From the NCBI RefSeq assembly GCF_016432865.1, contig NC_067398.1, forward strand, positions 654,782,001 to 654,815,584: a stretch of 33,584 nt of DNA. Reading direction: 5' to 3'. The notes under the pieces were generated by a model that saw nothing but the letters and a program-made list of their open reading frames with translations, was not told where the DNA came from and did no database searches. Made by a program: the position numbers and the translations under genes. This DNA comes from Antechinus flavipes (Eukaryota). Each line of letters opens with the position of its first letter. Within the stretch, counting starts at the first letter, position 1. Below, in pieces: positions 10,101-20,130 of this stretch.

Positions 10101-12555
10101 CCCACCCTCATTTTTTAGAGATGGGAAATACTAACAGCAGAAGTTGATATATGATTGCAAAAGAGTTTCTATACAAACCATTTTTTCATCCAAACAACAA
10201 CTGTAAGAGTGAGTATTTCCATTTTTCAGTTATCCTTTCCATTTCCACAATTTCTTTTATATATGTTCTCTCCTACCACCTTAGTTGAAGTGGCCATTCA
10301 GCTTCTGCATGAAGACTGCCAGGGAGAAGAAAAACACCACCTCTGTGGTACCCATCACTCTTTTATATAATTTAAAGCATTAGAAAGTTTTTCCTGACAC
10401 AATGCAAATTATCTTCTTTGTAAGTTGCTTCTGGAGACAAGCCAAACTAGCCCAATCCCTCCTCCACATCAATATTTTAACTACTACTTAAAACACAGAG
10501 GCAGTGAAGAGTCATGGGGGAGGGAGGTACTGTCTTCAACAATCATATGGAAGTTGAGTAGGAGAGATCCTTAGAAGAAAGATGATTTATTTGACATTTT
10601 GACCCCCAAACAATGAATTATTCACTAAATGGAGTACCCTAGATGCAAAGGAATTTTCTTAAACTTTATGAAAATGTGTATGGACAAGCCCTTTATCGTT
10701 TTGAAAGGATCATGGGACTTTGGCCATTTGATGAAAGGCAAATGAGGCCACATGGGAAATAGATTATGCTTGCATGAAATGATCAAAAGTGCCTCTGGCC
10801 CTGTGTATAAAACAGTAAGTCACTTCTGAGTTTCACAGACTGATTGCAGGTCAATGAGGGGGTAGAAAAGCTCTTGAGAAATAGAACAAAGTAGAAAAGA
10901 ATAAAATAATAAATGGAAAAGATTCATTCTCTTTTTCCCACCTCCAGGACACCAGAATTAGGAAGATCCTGAAGTCCCATCAAAAATTTCACCAGTTATT
11001 AGAGTTGGTAACAGAGTCCAATAGAGCTAGATACATGATAAGTATAGGAGTCACAAGATGACGTGGTAGTAATATGGGAATCAAGATGATGTGGTATTAG
11101 TCTTGAGGTGGAGATATCCAGGTAAAGATGTTGTAAACATTAAATATTCTTGAATATCTATAAACTAAAAGCTTGTGTTTTCCCTTCCCTTGGCACCTGA
11201 GCAGCATTGGAGGAGACAGAACCAGCAATAATGAAGAGACCAGACCCAGCAGAGGAGTTCCTGGCACAATGAGATTACTGAGAACACTAAAAAAAAAAGG
11301 GATTAGAGAGTTCCTAGAAAATCCTGGGAATTTAGGATTAGGAGAAACTGGGATCTGGGCCATGGGAGCTCAAAATGGAGCTCTTGAAGAACAGAGGATT
11401 CAGCCTGGCTCAGTAGCAACTGGCAGATTCTTACCCAACAGCAAATTGGCCCTACCTGATAGCATATTAACCTTTCTTTTTTTTTTAATTTTAAATTTTT
11501 ATTTAATAATTACTTTATATTGACACATATTAACCTTTCTAAAAGAGATTGCCCTGCAAAGAGCCAACCACACCGGTAAACTTAACTATCCTACTATAAC
11601 CTGCCCTACTCTGAATTTCATAAGGGATCTCTGAAGAAAGAAAATTAATGACTATGTGCCTCATCATAATGTACTCTTTAAATCTGAGCTGACTCTCCCA
11701 AAGGCCTTGTATAATGCAAAGGAAGGGTGTTCCATTTGAGGAGAAAGATTTTTACCAACTGTTTTTACTATGTTTTTTTTTTTTTTAATAAATACCCTTG
11801 CTAAAATGTTATTGAGAATACTGGCTAATCATAAATGTGAAGTATACTAGGGAGAGCTCAGAATCAACTGTGTTAGAAACGCTAGGATTTCTAATTTGCC
11901 CACAATCTTGTGAAGAATAGTCTGAGGGACCAGACTTTTCAGTTCAAGTGGGAGTCAGAGAAGTAGTCCCACAGGGAGTGTTACATTCTAGAAATTACTA
12001 ATAGAGACTTAGCCATCACTTCTGACAGTTCTTTCAGGACCCAAGCATGTGGTTTATCAGGCCATCAGATTGAACTAGGAACTTTCATTATCTCCTTGCT
12101 TATTAGCTCCTTTCTAGCTACTGCATCTCCTACAAAAGTTATTCTTCTGGCAGAGAAAATAGGAACACAATAATTAACTTTACAAACAGGTTCCTCTCAA
12201 CCTTACTTCTCCCTACTTACTCCTTGAGATCATACAGGCTGCCTCCTGTGTGTCCCTCCTATATAATCTCTCTTTCCCATATCCATGTCTTTGTACTGGC
12301 TATTAACTCATGCCCGGAATGGTCTCCCTCTTCACCACTGTCTTGGAATCCCTAGTTAAAATTCAGCCATTATCTACATAAAGCCTTTCCTGATGTTCCC
12401 AATTCTTAGTGCTTTCCTTCCCCCAAATACCTTGCTCCTGTCCCTTCTCCCTCATCCCACAACCTCTGATTAGGTATTGAGGATGGGACTCCTAGCCTCT
12501 GAGAGCCCCAAATCCTTTCAGCCTCCCGGATGCAAAGCTCAGTTTCTCTAAGTTC

Positions 12556-12744
12556 CAGGGGGCCTCAAACTTTTTAAATAGGGGGCCAGTTCACTATCCC
12601 TCAGACTGTTGGAGGGCAGGACTATAGTAAAAACAAAAACTTTGTTTTGTGGGCCTTTAAATAAATTTCATAGCCCTGGGGTGAGGGGGATAAACGTCCT
12701 CAGCTGCTGCATCTAGCTCACAGGCCGTAGTTTGAGGACCCCTG
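12556..12744. mobile_element. hAT MITE, OposCharlie1 (OC1)-like non-autonomous element, 189 bp
   Basis: TIRs CAGGGGGCCTCAAACT (12556-12571) and AGTTTGAGGACCCCTG (12729-12744), 15/16 complementary. Family assignment is from memory of the OC1 termini. No 8-bp TSD seen. Confidence 0.8.
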
Positions 12745-12827
12745 CACCGTCCTATGCCCCAGGCTAAGGGACCTGGAGGGCCAGGGAGCTGGCAATGACT
12801 GCCACAGTCACCTCTTGGACTCCTGAG

Positions 12828-12833
12828 TTTATT
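12828..12833 (-). terminator. Candidate poly(A) signal AATAAA of the unannotated gene
   Basis: Plus-strand TTTATT at 12828-12833, 80 nt past the predicted stop. Confidence 0.55.
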
Positions 12834-12912
12834 CCAGTCAGTCTACTCCTCAAGAAGGGTAGCCATGGGTACCAGGCAGGGAGCCAGGATTCCTGAGAGC
12901 GAGACGCCAAGG

Positions 12913-13101
12913 TCAGCGCTGGGAGCTCCCTGGGAAGCCAAGGGTATCCCTGCTCCAGATGGGGAGAGGCGTGTCCTCCGACTCGGATTGGCTGGTACAG
13001 CTGCAGGGGCGGGGCTCCTGTGCAGTGACTTTGGGACCAGCATGATGCTCCTGCAGTCGCAGCTTTTGAGTCCTGATGTGCTGAGCGACCCTTCCAGTCC
13101 A
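12913..13101 (-). CDS. Candidate unannotated gene, terminal coding exon WTGRVAQHIRTQKLRLQEHH...FPGSSQR*
   Basis: ataag|TGG, 62 codons to TGA at 12915-12913. GC-rich and not recognisably repeat-derived. The acceptor choice is ambiguous (see findings). Confidence 0.5.
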   Translation of the reverse strand, partial: WTGRVAQHIRTQKLRLQEHHAGPKVTAQEPRPCSCTSQSESEDTPLPIWSRDTLGFPGSSQR

Positions 13102-13174
13102 CTTATCCAGCAGTAGGGAGCTGCCTGTCCCCAGGATCTATCCCCTCACCCCAACTCCCACCCCCACTACTTAC

Positions 13175-13253
13175 TTCATCTGTCTTCTCAATCTGAAGCC
13201 TGTCAACTCGGGTAATCCTGCAATTGACACACCTGAACTTGTTCCACAGGTAC
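13175..13253 (-). CDS. Candidate unannotated gene, exon YLWNKFRCVNCRITRVDRLQIEKTDE
   Basis: ccctgtag|G TAC ... GAT GAA|gtaagt (consensus intronic donor); 79 nt, phase 2 to 0; contains CxxC. Confidence 0.6.
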
Positions 13254-13534
13254 CTACAGGGTGCTTCAAGCACAGTCTTCCTACCACCAGTCTCCATTTC
13301 GCCGAATCAGGGACTCAGAACCTCAGTATTTTCCAAGAGACCTCCATCCTGAGCTCCCAGGGCTACCAATCCAGCTTCTCCTAATCCTAAATCTCCAGGA
13401 TTTCCCAGGAACTCTAAATCCCCTGTTTTAGGAATTCCCATTAATTTAAGTGTCCCCAAAACTCTCTAGCCCACCTCCAATCTCAGACTCTCCTGTCCTG
13501 ACATCTTAGCCTCCGCCACTCTACCAAGAACTCG

Positions 13535-13895
13535 GATTCAAAATGATGACAGCCAATTCTAGTAGACTTGTGATGGAAAGTGCCATCCGTGTCCAGAGAG
13601 AAAACTATGAACACTGAATGTGGATCAAAACATACCTTTTCACCTTTTTTGCTGTTTTTTTCTTTTGATCTGATTTTGTGTGTGTATGTTTGTATATGCA
13701 ACACAATGAATGTAGACATATGTTTAGAAGAATTGTACATGTTTAACTTATATCTGATTGCTTGCCATCTTGGGGAGGGGGAAAGGGAGAATAGAGGAAG
13801 AAAAATTTGGAACACAATGCTTTGAAAATGTGAATATTGAGAGCTATCTGCATGTATTTGGAAAAATAAAATACCATAAAAAAACAAAACAAAAG
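13535..13895 (+). mobile_element. L1 3' UTR fragment (in an intron of the candidate gene, antisense to it)
   Basis: Shares marsupial L1 3' UTR text with the copies at 6400-6760 and 23230-23620; A-rich tail. Confidence 0.8.
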
Positions 13896-13999
13896 TAAAA
13901 TGAAGGCTTCTTCTGCTGTTTTCCTTCCCTCTTCTGCCTGGGATCCCTTTTGATCTTTCCTGAAATCAGCTGTACCTCAGCTATTGTGAACGGGTGGAC

Positions 14000-14074
14000 C
14001 TGGATCCTGGTTCTTCCCCTAAATGATCAGGGTTGAGGTCATATTTCTGGAAAATGTTATAGGCTGCTTGCAAT
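14000..14074 (-). CDS. Candidate unannotated gene, exon LQAAYNIFQKYDLNPDHLGEEPGS(R)
   Basis: ccttttttag|A TTG ... TCC AG|gtccac; 75 nt, phase 2 to 2; the donor is weak. Confidence 0.55.
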
Positions 14075-14201
14075 CTAAAAAAGGATCTCCTTCTTCACTT
14101 CCCCCCACTGTTAATTAAGGGAGAACTAATAACTAGGACAGAGAAGAGAAGTGCTTGAACCTACGTCAGAGGTGAATGATCAGGACTAGGACTGCCTTCA
14201 C

Positions 14202-14301
14202 CTTAGAGCTGGCAGATCTGCAATCCTAGTAATCTTGTCCCCATTACTTTCTTCAAAGTCTCTAGGCCTGGACCGCCCCACAGGGATGTAGTCTTGCCTA
14301 T
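14202..14301 (-). CDS. Candidate unannotated gene, exon (D)RQDYIPVGRSRPRDFEESNGDKITRIADLPAL(R)
   Basis: ctccccactccttccctag|AT ... CTA AG|gtgaag; 100 nt, phase 1 to 2, good pyrimidine tract. Confidence 0.6.
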
Positions 14302-14367
14302 CTAGGGAAGGAGTGGGGAGCCCTTTCACTGGTTAACATTTACTGGGAGTAAAGAAAGGCTAGCTAC

Positions 14368-14430
14368 CCTCCTTGATTCTTCTGTGGATTTTAATCTGTC
14401 CCAGATTTATCCTCTGCTTTGCCCAGGCCA
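14368..14430 (-). CDS. Candidate unannotated gene, exon (V)AWAKQRINLGQIKIHRRIKE
   Basis: cttctatgtctcag|TG ... GAG G|gtagct; 63 nt, phase 1 to 1, no stops. Confidence 0.5.
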
Positions 14431-14444
14431 CTGAGACATAGAAG

Positions 14445-14770
14445 GTGTCTATGTGTCTGTATGTGCACTGTTATGAGAGTGGATTGTGTGTGCTAATATA
14501 TCTTTTAGAGGGAAAGTAGGTTTGTGTATTTTTGAGTATGAATCAGCAACCACATCCCTCTGTGTGTATGGCAATATCCGATGTGACTATGTAATGATAG
14601 ATGTAGGGAATATATATGTCTTTTAGTACCCTCCTATCTGTGTCTATAAATATGTGTATCAATAACTAAGTCTAAGTGTCTGTGCCTGTATATGTCACAA
14701 AGATAAATCTGATGCTGAACATCTATGTGTCTATATATCTAGTCTGCATTTCAGTGAGTCCATTTGTGCC
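14445..14770. repeat. TG/TA-rich low-complexity tract (CA-rich on the minus strand)
   Basis: Repeated tgtg/tatg motifs. Confidence 0.7.
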
Positions 14771-15271
14771 TGAGTGAATGTCTGCCTAAGCTGGTCCCAG
14801 AGTGTCCCACAGAGTGTCAATTCTCTGTTCTCTCTCTCTCCTTTGGTCTATCTTCCTATCTCTGGACAAATATACTGTACTTTCCCCTCCTCCTAGCCAT
14901 CACCCAGGAAGGGAGCCAGAACTTCTGGGTTCTAACATCTCCTAATTCTGGTTTCTGGGGCTCCATAGGTGGAGGTCAGAGCACAGCCTCAGGCAAGTTG
15001 GGAAGGGCTGATTTATTCCTTGATTCAGATACATGACACATGTGGGAGGAGGCCTTCTGAGAGAAGTGATGTTGTCCCTGTCCTTGCCCAGGCCCTGCCA
15101 TGGTGAAATCCCAGAGGTGGGATTTTCTCTACTTTAGTGGTTTGAGAGGTTCTGTCATGGCCTTCCTTCTCTGTTCTGCTTTCAGTTCTCATGTATCCTG
15201 CTACTTCAGCACTATCCACCATAATTTGGACCCCTCCCCCAAGCAAAAGGAGTGATTCAACCTTGTCCAAC

Positions 15272-15347
15272 CTCTCTTAAATTCCAAATCAGGGCCCTCA
15301 TGGAGTCTTTCCTGGGAATCCCCAGGCTGAGATCTGCTATTTTCCAT
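15272..15347 (-). CDS. Candidate unannotated gene, putative first coding exon (MENSRSQPGDSQERLHEGPDLEFKR)
   Basis: ggacag|T ATG G; ends AGA G|gttgga (phase 1, weak donor). Least certain exon of the model. Confidence 0.4.
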
Positions 15348-16554
15348 ACTGTCCACAGTGACAATTTTGGAGAATTGGTTAGGGGAGTGAAGGCAGAACC
15401 CATGGGTAAGAGAAATTTGGGGATGAATAAAATCACAGGCTTTAGAGCTAGAAGAAACCTTAGAGATCGTCTGATTATTAGTTTTAATGACCAATCTATG
15501 TAAAACACACTCACTCATAAAAATCATTAATCACTCATTCATTGACCTCCCAGCACCTTCCAACATTTCTGCCTGATGGAATTTTGGGTTCTTACTAGGA
15601 ATCTGCCTAGTCATCTAAATCCTAACCCCTTTTAAACAAAGGGACAAAAGGAGACTCAGATAAGAGGGATGGTTTTCCAGAGATCATCCAAATCTTGGTG
15701 GAATCTTACTTACAAAAGAGAATGTTGTTTTGTCCTATTCTGTCCGACTCTTCCTGACCCCATTTGCAGATTTGAACCCATGGCCTCTGACTCAAAATCC
15801 ATCACTTCTTCTAGGAATGCCTTTGAGTGGGGTATTTAAGTCCCAGTATCCAGTAATTTTTCTGTCACAATAGAAAGTCTGTCTTCAGACATCTCTGTCT
15901 TCAGAAAGTCCATAGTCTGGTTCATAGAGATAAGACATGGAACCCCAAACTTACAAAACAAGGCCAAGTGTAAGGGTCAAAATTCTACAGTGAGATCACG
16001 TAGCTGGAGTCATCCTTCGTAGAAGGCTTCATTCAGGAGATGTATTGGTTAGGAGGGGCCCTTGGAGCATGAATCAAACAGGTTTTGGCAAATAGAAACA
16101 AGGGATTCCAGGCAGAGAGGAGTGTGAAGGCAGGCCTGGAGCTGATTTGGTGCCATGTCGAGCTTAGAAGACTTGGGGAAGACAGAGTAGATGGTGAAAA
16201 ATGTGAAAACAAAGCATCCCCAATGCTGAGACTCTGTGTGTTTCCTTCTACCTCCTGACCTCAGATTCTTTCCCACCAGTATCTCCTGATCCTTCAGCCT
16301 TAGCCCTGACCCCAATAAAGTTGGGGAGCTATCCCTTGGATTCTTCCTCTCTCTTCCACCATCTCTCTTGATCTGTTCTCATCACTCTGTCCTTCTGGGG
16401 ACTTAGGCCAGCAAGTAGTCAATCAATCAGCAAATTTCATTTATTAAGAGTGCCAGGCACAATGCTCAGTATTGATGTATAATATAGAAAGAGTGGAAAA
16501 GTAGGAAGGGGCCAGACTGTAAAAAGCTTTTAAATATCATAGCCAGAATTTATA

Positions 16555-16765
16555 AGGGCAGCTAGAGGGTACAGTGGATAGAATACTGGGCTTACAATCA
16601 GGAAGATTTTCATGAGTTCAAATCTGTCCTCAAATGAGGGCAAGCCTCTGTTTTCTCATCTGAAAAATGAACTGGAGAAGGAAATGACAAATTATTCCAG
16701 TATGTCTTTGGAGAAAGCCCCATCTGGAGTCATGAAGAGTCAAAACAACTAAATAACAACAAAGC
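16555..16765 (+). mobile_element. CORE-SINE (Mar1/MIR-like)
   Basis: tRNA-like head, core (ttttctcatctgaaaaatga) and tail (ggagaaggaaatgacaa...). Confidence 0.75.
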
Positions 16766-18169
16766 ATTCCTATACATAGCCCTTTAAGATTTGCCAAGTT
16801 CTTTACAAATATTATCTCTTTTGATCCGCATAAGAACCCTGGGAGGTGGTTGCTATTATCACCCTCTCTGTTTTATAGATGAGGATATTGAGCCTGAGTT
16901 TAAATGATTTTTCTAAAGTCACAGAGCTAATCTGAGAGCAGACTTGGATTCTAGTGAGCTCTATAGTTGTTGCTGCTCTAAATGATAGTTTTTATTAGAT
17001 ACTTCCATAGTTGGGAATGGAGAGAAGCATGCCATAGTCAAACATACACTTTAGACAAACCACCCCAAACAGTTTCTCCCTTACTAATGATCTTTCCCAC
17101 CCATCCTCATCTCCCTCCAGAATACAAGGTTTTCTGCACTTTGCCAACTTCTGTCAGGTCTGAGTTCACATATTTCTTCAGTAATTCATAATAATTATAT
17201 GCATTTATATATTTATTTAAGGCTTGCAAATGGCTTCTCTCTCTCTTGATCTTCACAACAATCTTATCCTTATTTACAGAGGGAGAAATTGAGGTTCAGC
17301 ATGATGCAAAATTTTCCATCACAGGTATCAAATCCAGGCCTCTCCTAACTTCAAGTGCAGCCCATTTATTTTTTAGACCAGAACTGTGATTTCATCAGCA
17401 TAGGAAACTTCCTATATGGAAACTCTCCAATGAAATAACTGATCCTACTCTTCAGCTTAGAAAGATACCTGGGACAGCTCCAAAAGATTTATGATGTCAC
17501 TTGCTCTCAAGTTTCAAATAAAGACTTGGTAGTCACAAAGTATCTATTGAACGATATCCTTTTTCCCTTTCTCCCTTGCTTTTTGGGGAGGAAGGAGTCA
17601 TGGCAAGTGCAGAAATATGTTTTTCATGACTTTACATGTATGATGGATATCATATTTCTTGATTTCTCAAGGATAGGAGATGGGAACAAAAAAATTAAAA
17701 TTAAAATTAAGAAGGAAACCTGTGGCACTGAAAAGTTTAAATATCTTGTTAAGAGTCAGTCTGCCACTATCAGTCTTAGGCAGGAATTGAACATAGGTCT
17801 TGATCACTCTTATGTTGTTAGCCCTGTCCTCTCCTCCAAACTTTTCCTTACTTAAACCCATTGGGTAGGAGTAGAGTGGGGCTAGGAGAAAAGGGGAGGG
17901 CAAAAGAATTCCCTAATATTAAATCCCTTTCCCCTTCACATTTAAGATAGGGAGAAAATTAGTTCCAGATCTAACTCCTACACTTATCACAGATGAGACC
18001 ACGACTTTGTCAGTTAATCTTTCTGAGACAATCTATTGTCCCGTTTTGAAAAAGATAGCAATACTTTACCCTTGTAAAACATAGGATCAGAGGATCATTA
18101 CAGGCCATAGAAATGCAAATCGCCCTTTCCCTTACTATAAAGACTCCAATGTGTGTTTCCTTCACACTA

Positions 18170-18225
18170 ACCTCTCTCTGTCTCTGTCCATCTCTCTGTC
18201 TCTCTCTCTCTCACACACACACATA

Positions 18226-18265
<40 letters not shown>

Positions 18266-18278
18266 CACACACACACAC
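18170..18278. repeat. Compound (TC)n-(CA)n microsatellite
   Basis: Directly visible. Confidence 0.95.
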
Positions 18279-18364
18279 TCCTTCTGCCCTCATTTTGTCC
18301 CTTTTCCCGGGTGGTTCTTAGACAAAACAGGCTTGCCCACCTTTTTTTTATATATACATTTGAT

Positions 18365-18718
18365 CTATTTAAAAAATTTTAATAATAGCTTTTTATTTTC
18401 AAAATACACGTGAAGCTAGTTTTCAACATTCATCCTTGAAAAACCTTGTTTCAAATTTTTCTCCCTCTTTTCCCTCCTCTCCCTCCCCTGGACAGCAAGT
18501 AATCCAATATAGGCTAAACATTTTCAATTCTTCTAAACATTTCCATATTTATCATGCTGCACAAGAAAAATCAAATCAAAAGGGAAAACTGTGAGGAAAA
18601 AAAGCAAGCAAACATCAACAAAAAAGGTGAAAATACTATGTTGTGATCCACATTTAATCCCCATAATCCTCTTTCTGGCTGAAGATGGCTCTCTCCATCA
18701 CAAGTCTATTGGAATTTG
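18365..18718 (-). mobile_element. L1 3' UTR fragment
   Basis: Reverse complement of the same 3' UTR family (ttattttcaaaatac..., ccatcacaagtctattggaatt). Confidence 0.8.
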
Positions 18719-19099
18719 GCCCAGCTTTTCAAAGACTGTCATCTCAAATGACTTAGCCCTGGTGTTGGTCTTCTTGCTTTCTCCCATCTTGCTTGGCTCC
18801 CATCTACTATAGCTTGATGCTTGGGTGGGCTGGCACCAAATCCCTAGTCAAATGGTGGATTTGTCATGCCTGGGTCCTTAACTCCGTGAGCCTCAGCATC
18901 TTCAGAGTTCTATGGTTGTAAGGCATCTAGAGTGGCCTGCCAGGTTTCATTCAAAAAGAGTCCCAAGAGCAGGACTAGATAAGAAGAAAGAAATTGGGGA
19001 GCAATTGAGGAGGTGGGCGACCTTCCTCAGAGGGACCCTCCCCCTCATTTGGGGAATCCCTGCCTGGCTGTGAACTAATGCCTATGGATTGTTTCTCTT

Positions 19100-19300
19100 T
19101 CGTTCTGGAAGAGGACCATGACATCAGGGAGGTGATGCTGTGACAAGCACGTGAATTGGATTTGGGGGAGGGCGACTGTGCAAGGTCCCCTGCCTCACTT
19201 TCCCTTCCAGAGCCATCTGGGTCCCTTGGCAAGATATAGGCAGGATGACTGGGGACGGCTCTGGATGCAACGGGACACCGATTAAACTGAACTCGATAAG
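19100..19300 (+). mobile_element. Marsupial interspersed repeat (WALLSI-like), copy 1
   Basis: ggaccatgacatcagggaggtgatg...gaattggattt...gtgcaaggtc...caggatgact, shared with 19875-20130 and 21680-21885. Family name tentative. Confidence 0.65.
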
Positions 19301-19359
19301 CCAAGGACTATACGGCCGCTTATTAGAGATTCTCCTCTCTTCCCCTTCTCCTCCCTCAC

Positions 19360-19700
19360 CTCCCCCTTCAAGGCTTCCCAGACAGGACAGTTAGGAGAGG
19401 GGCGATCCGAAGTCCAGAGCATCCCTAGAGGGCGCCGGCGCCACGTGCCCGCAAACGCTCAAACACCTTGGAGAACGAGGCGGCCCACAAGTTATGAATG
19501 GTGTTTGGGATGGGGGCTCCCACGATTGGTCAAGTCCCGAGTTCTTGTAGCCAATCAAGTGCCAGTTCAAGAGGGGCTCGCCTTCCTTTTGCGGATCTCC
19601 GCGGTTTCTCGGACCTGGTGCGGTCTCCTGCGTGACCCCGAACTGCCTTCTCCTGGCCACGTTTCCGAGGCGCTCATAGGTCTGTGACGGGTCCTGGAGC
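19360..19700 (-). promoter_or_regulatory. Orphan CpG-rich promoter-like island with candidate first exon
   Basis: CpG cluster; E-box CACGTG 19442-19447; ATTGG 19525-19529 and CCAAT 19551-19555; strong donor GAG|GTGAGG at 19360/19359 on the minus strand. Confidence 0.6.
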
Positions 19701-19874
19701 CTTGGCTAAAGACTCCAAAGATGCAGCACATCCATCCACAGCATACATGACACGTTTGGCTGAGCGTCCCTTATTAAGCGCTTACTGTTTGCTGCAGGCA
19801 CCTTGCTAGGTTCCCGGACTGCAGAAGGGGAAAGGACACCGTCCTTGTTTCCAAGAAACTTACAATTAGATATT

Positions 19875-20130
19875 GTTCTTTGTCTTTCCTTCTGCAGATA
19901 GGGAGGGGACGCCGTGACCTGCAAGTGAGTTGGAGTTCAGTGAGGGAGGGCTGGGCAAGGTCCTCCTGAGCCAGATACAGAATCAGGATGGAGATGACCC
20001 TGGATGCAGCGCAAGACCTTTTCAAGCTGAAGTCTTCAATGGGGCTCAGTTTGACTCAGACAACACCCATTCAGTGATTAAGACTAGGTAGTAATTGAGG
20101 CAAATTGTTTCCTTTCACCTGGTCCAAAAA
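19875..20130 (+). mobile_element. Marsupial interspersed repeat (WALLSI-like), copy 2
   Basis: gtgagttggagttcagtgagggagggctgggcaaggtc...ggatgcagcgcaagacctt; homologous to copies 1 and 3. Confidence 0.65.

Noticed and set aside
11045-11100. Degenerate tandem duplication of about 28 bp containing TGACGTGG
   Set aside because: Only two diverged copies; no array, spacer structure or other evidence of function.
14845-14966. Short ATG-initiated frame MEPQKPELGDVRTQKFWLPSW... as an alternative first coding exon
   Set aside because: The only phase-1 donor available (ACA|GTATAT) is very weak and no acceptor or promoter supports it.
15025-15270. 81-aa minus-strand ORF in the candidate gene's intron
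   Set aside because: No good donor before its stop and it does not fit the phase chain; best explained as intron read-through.
18720-18940. Non-repeat stretch with tag|ATG, as a possible exon of the candidate gene
   Set aside because: Stops in all three frames and no convincing donor before the adjacent L1.
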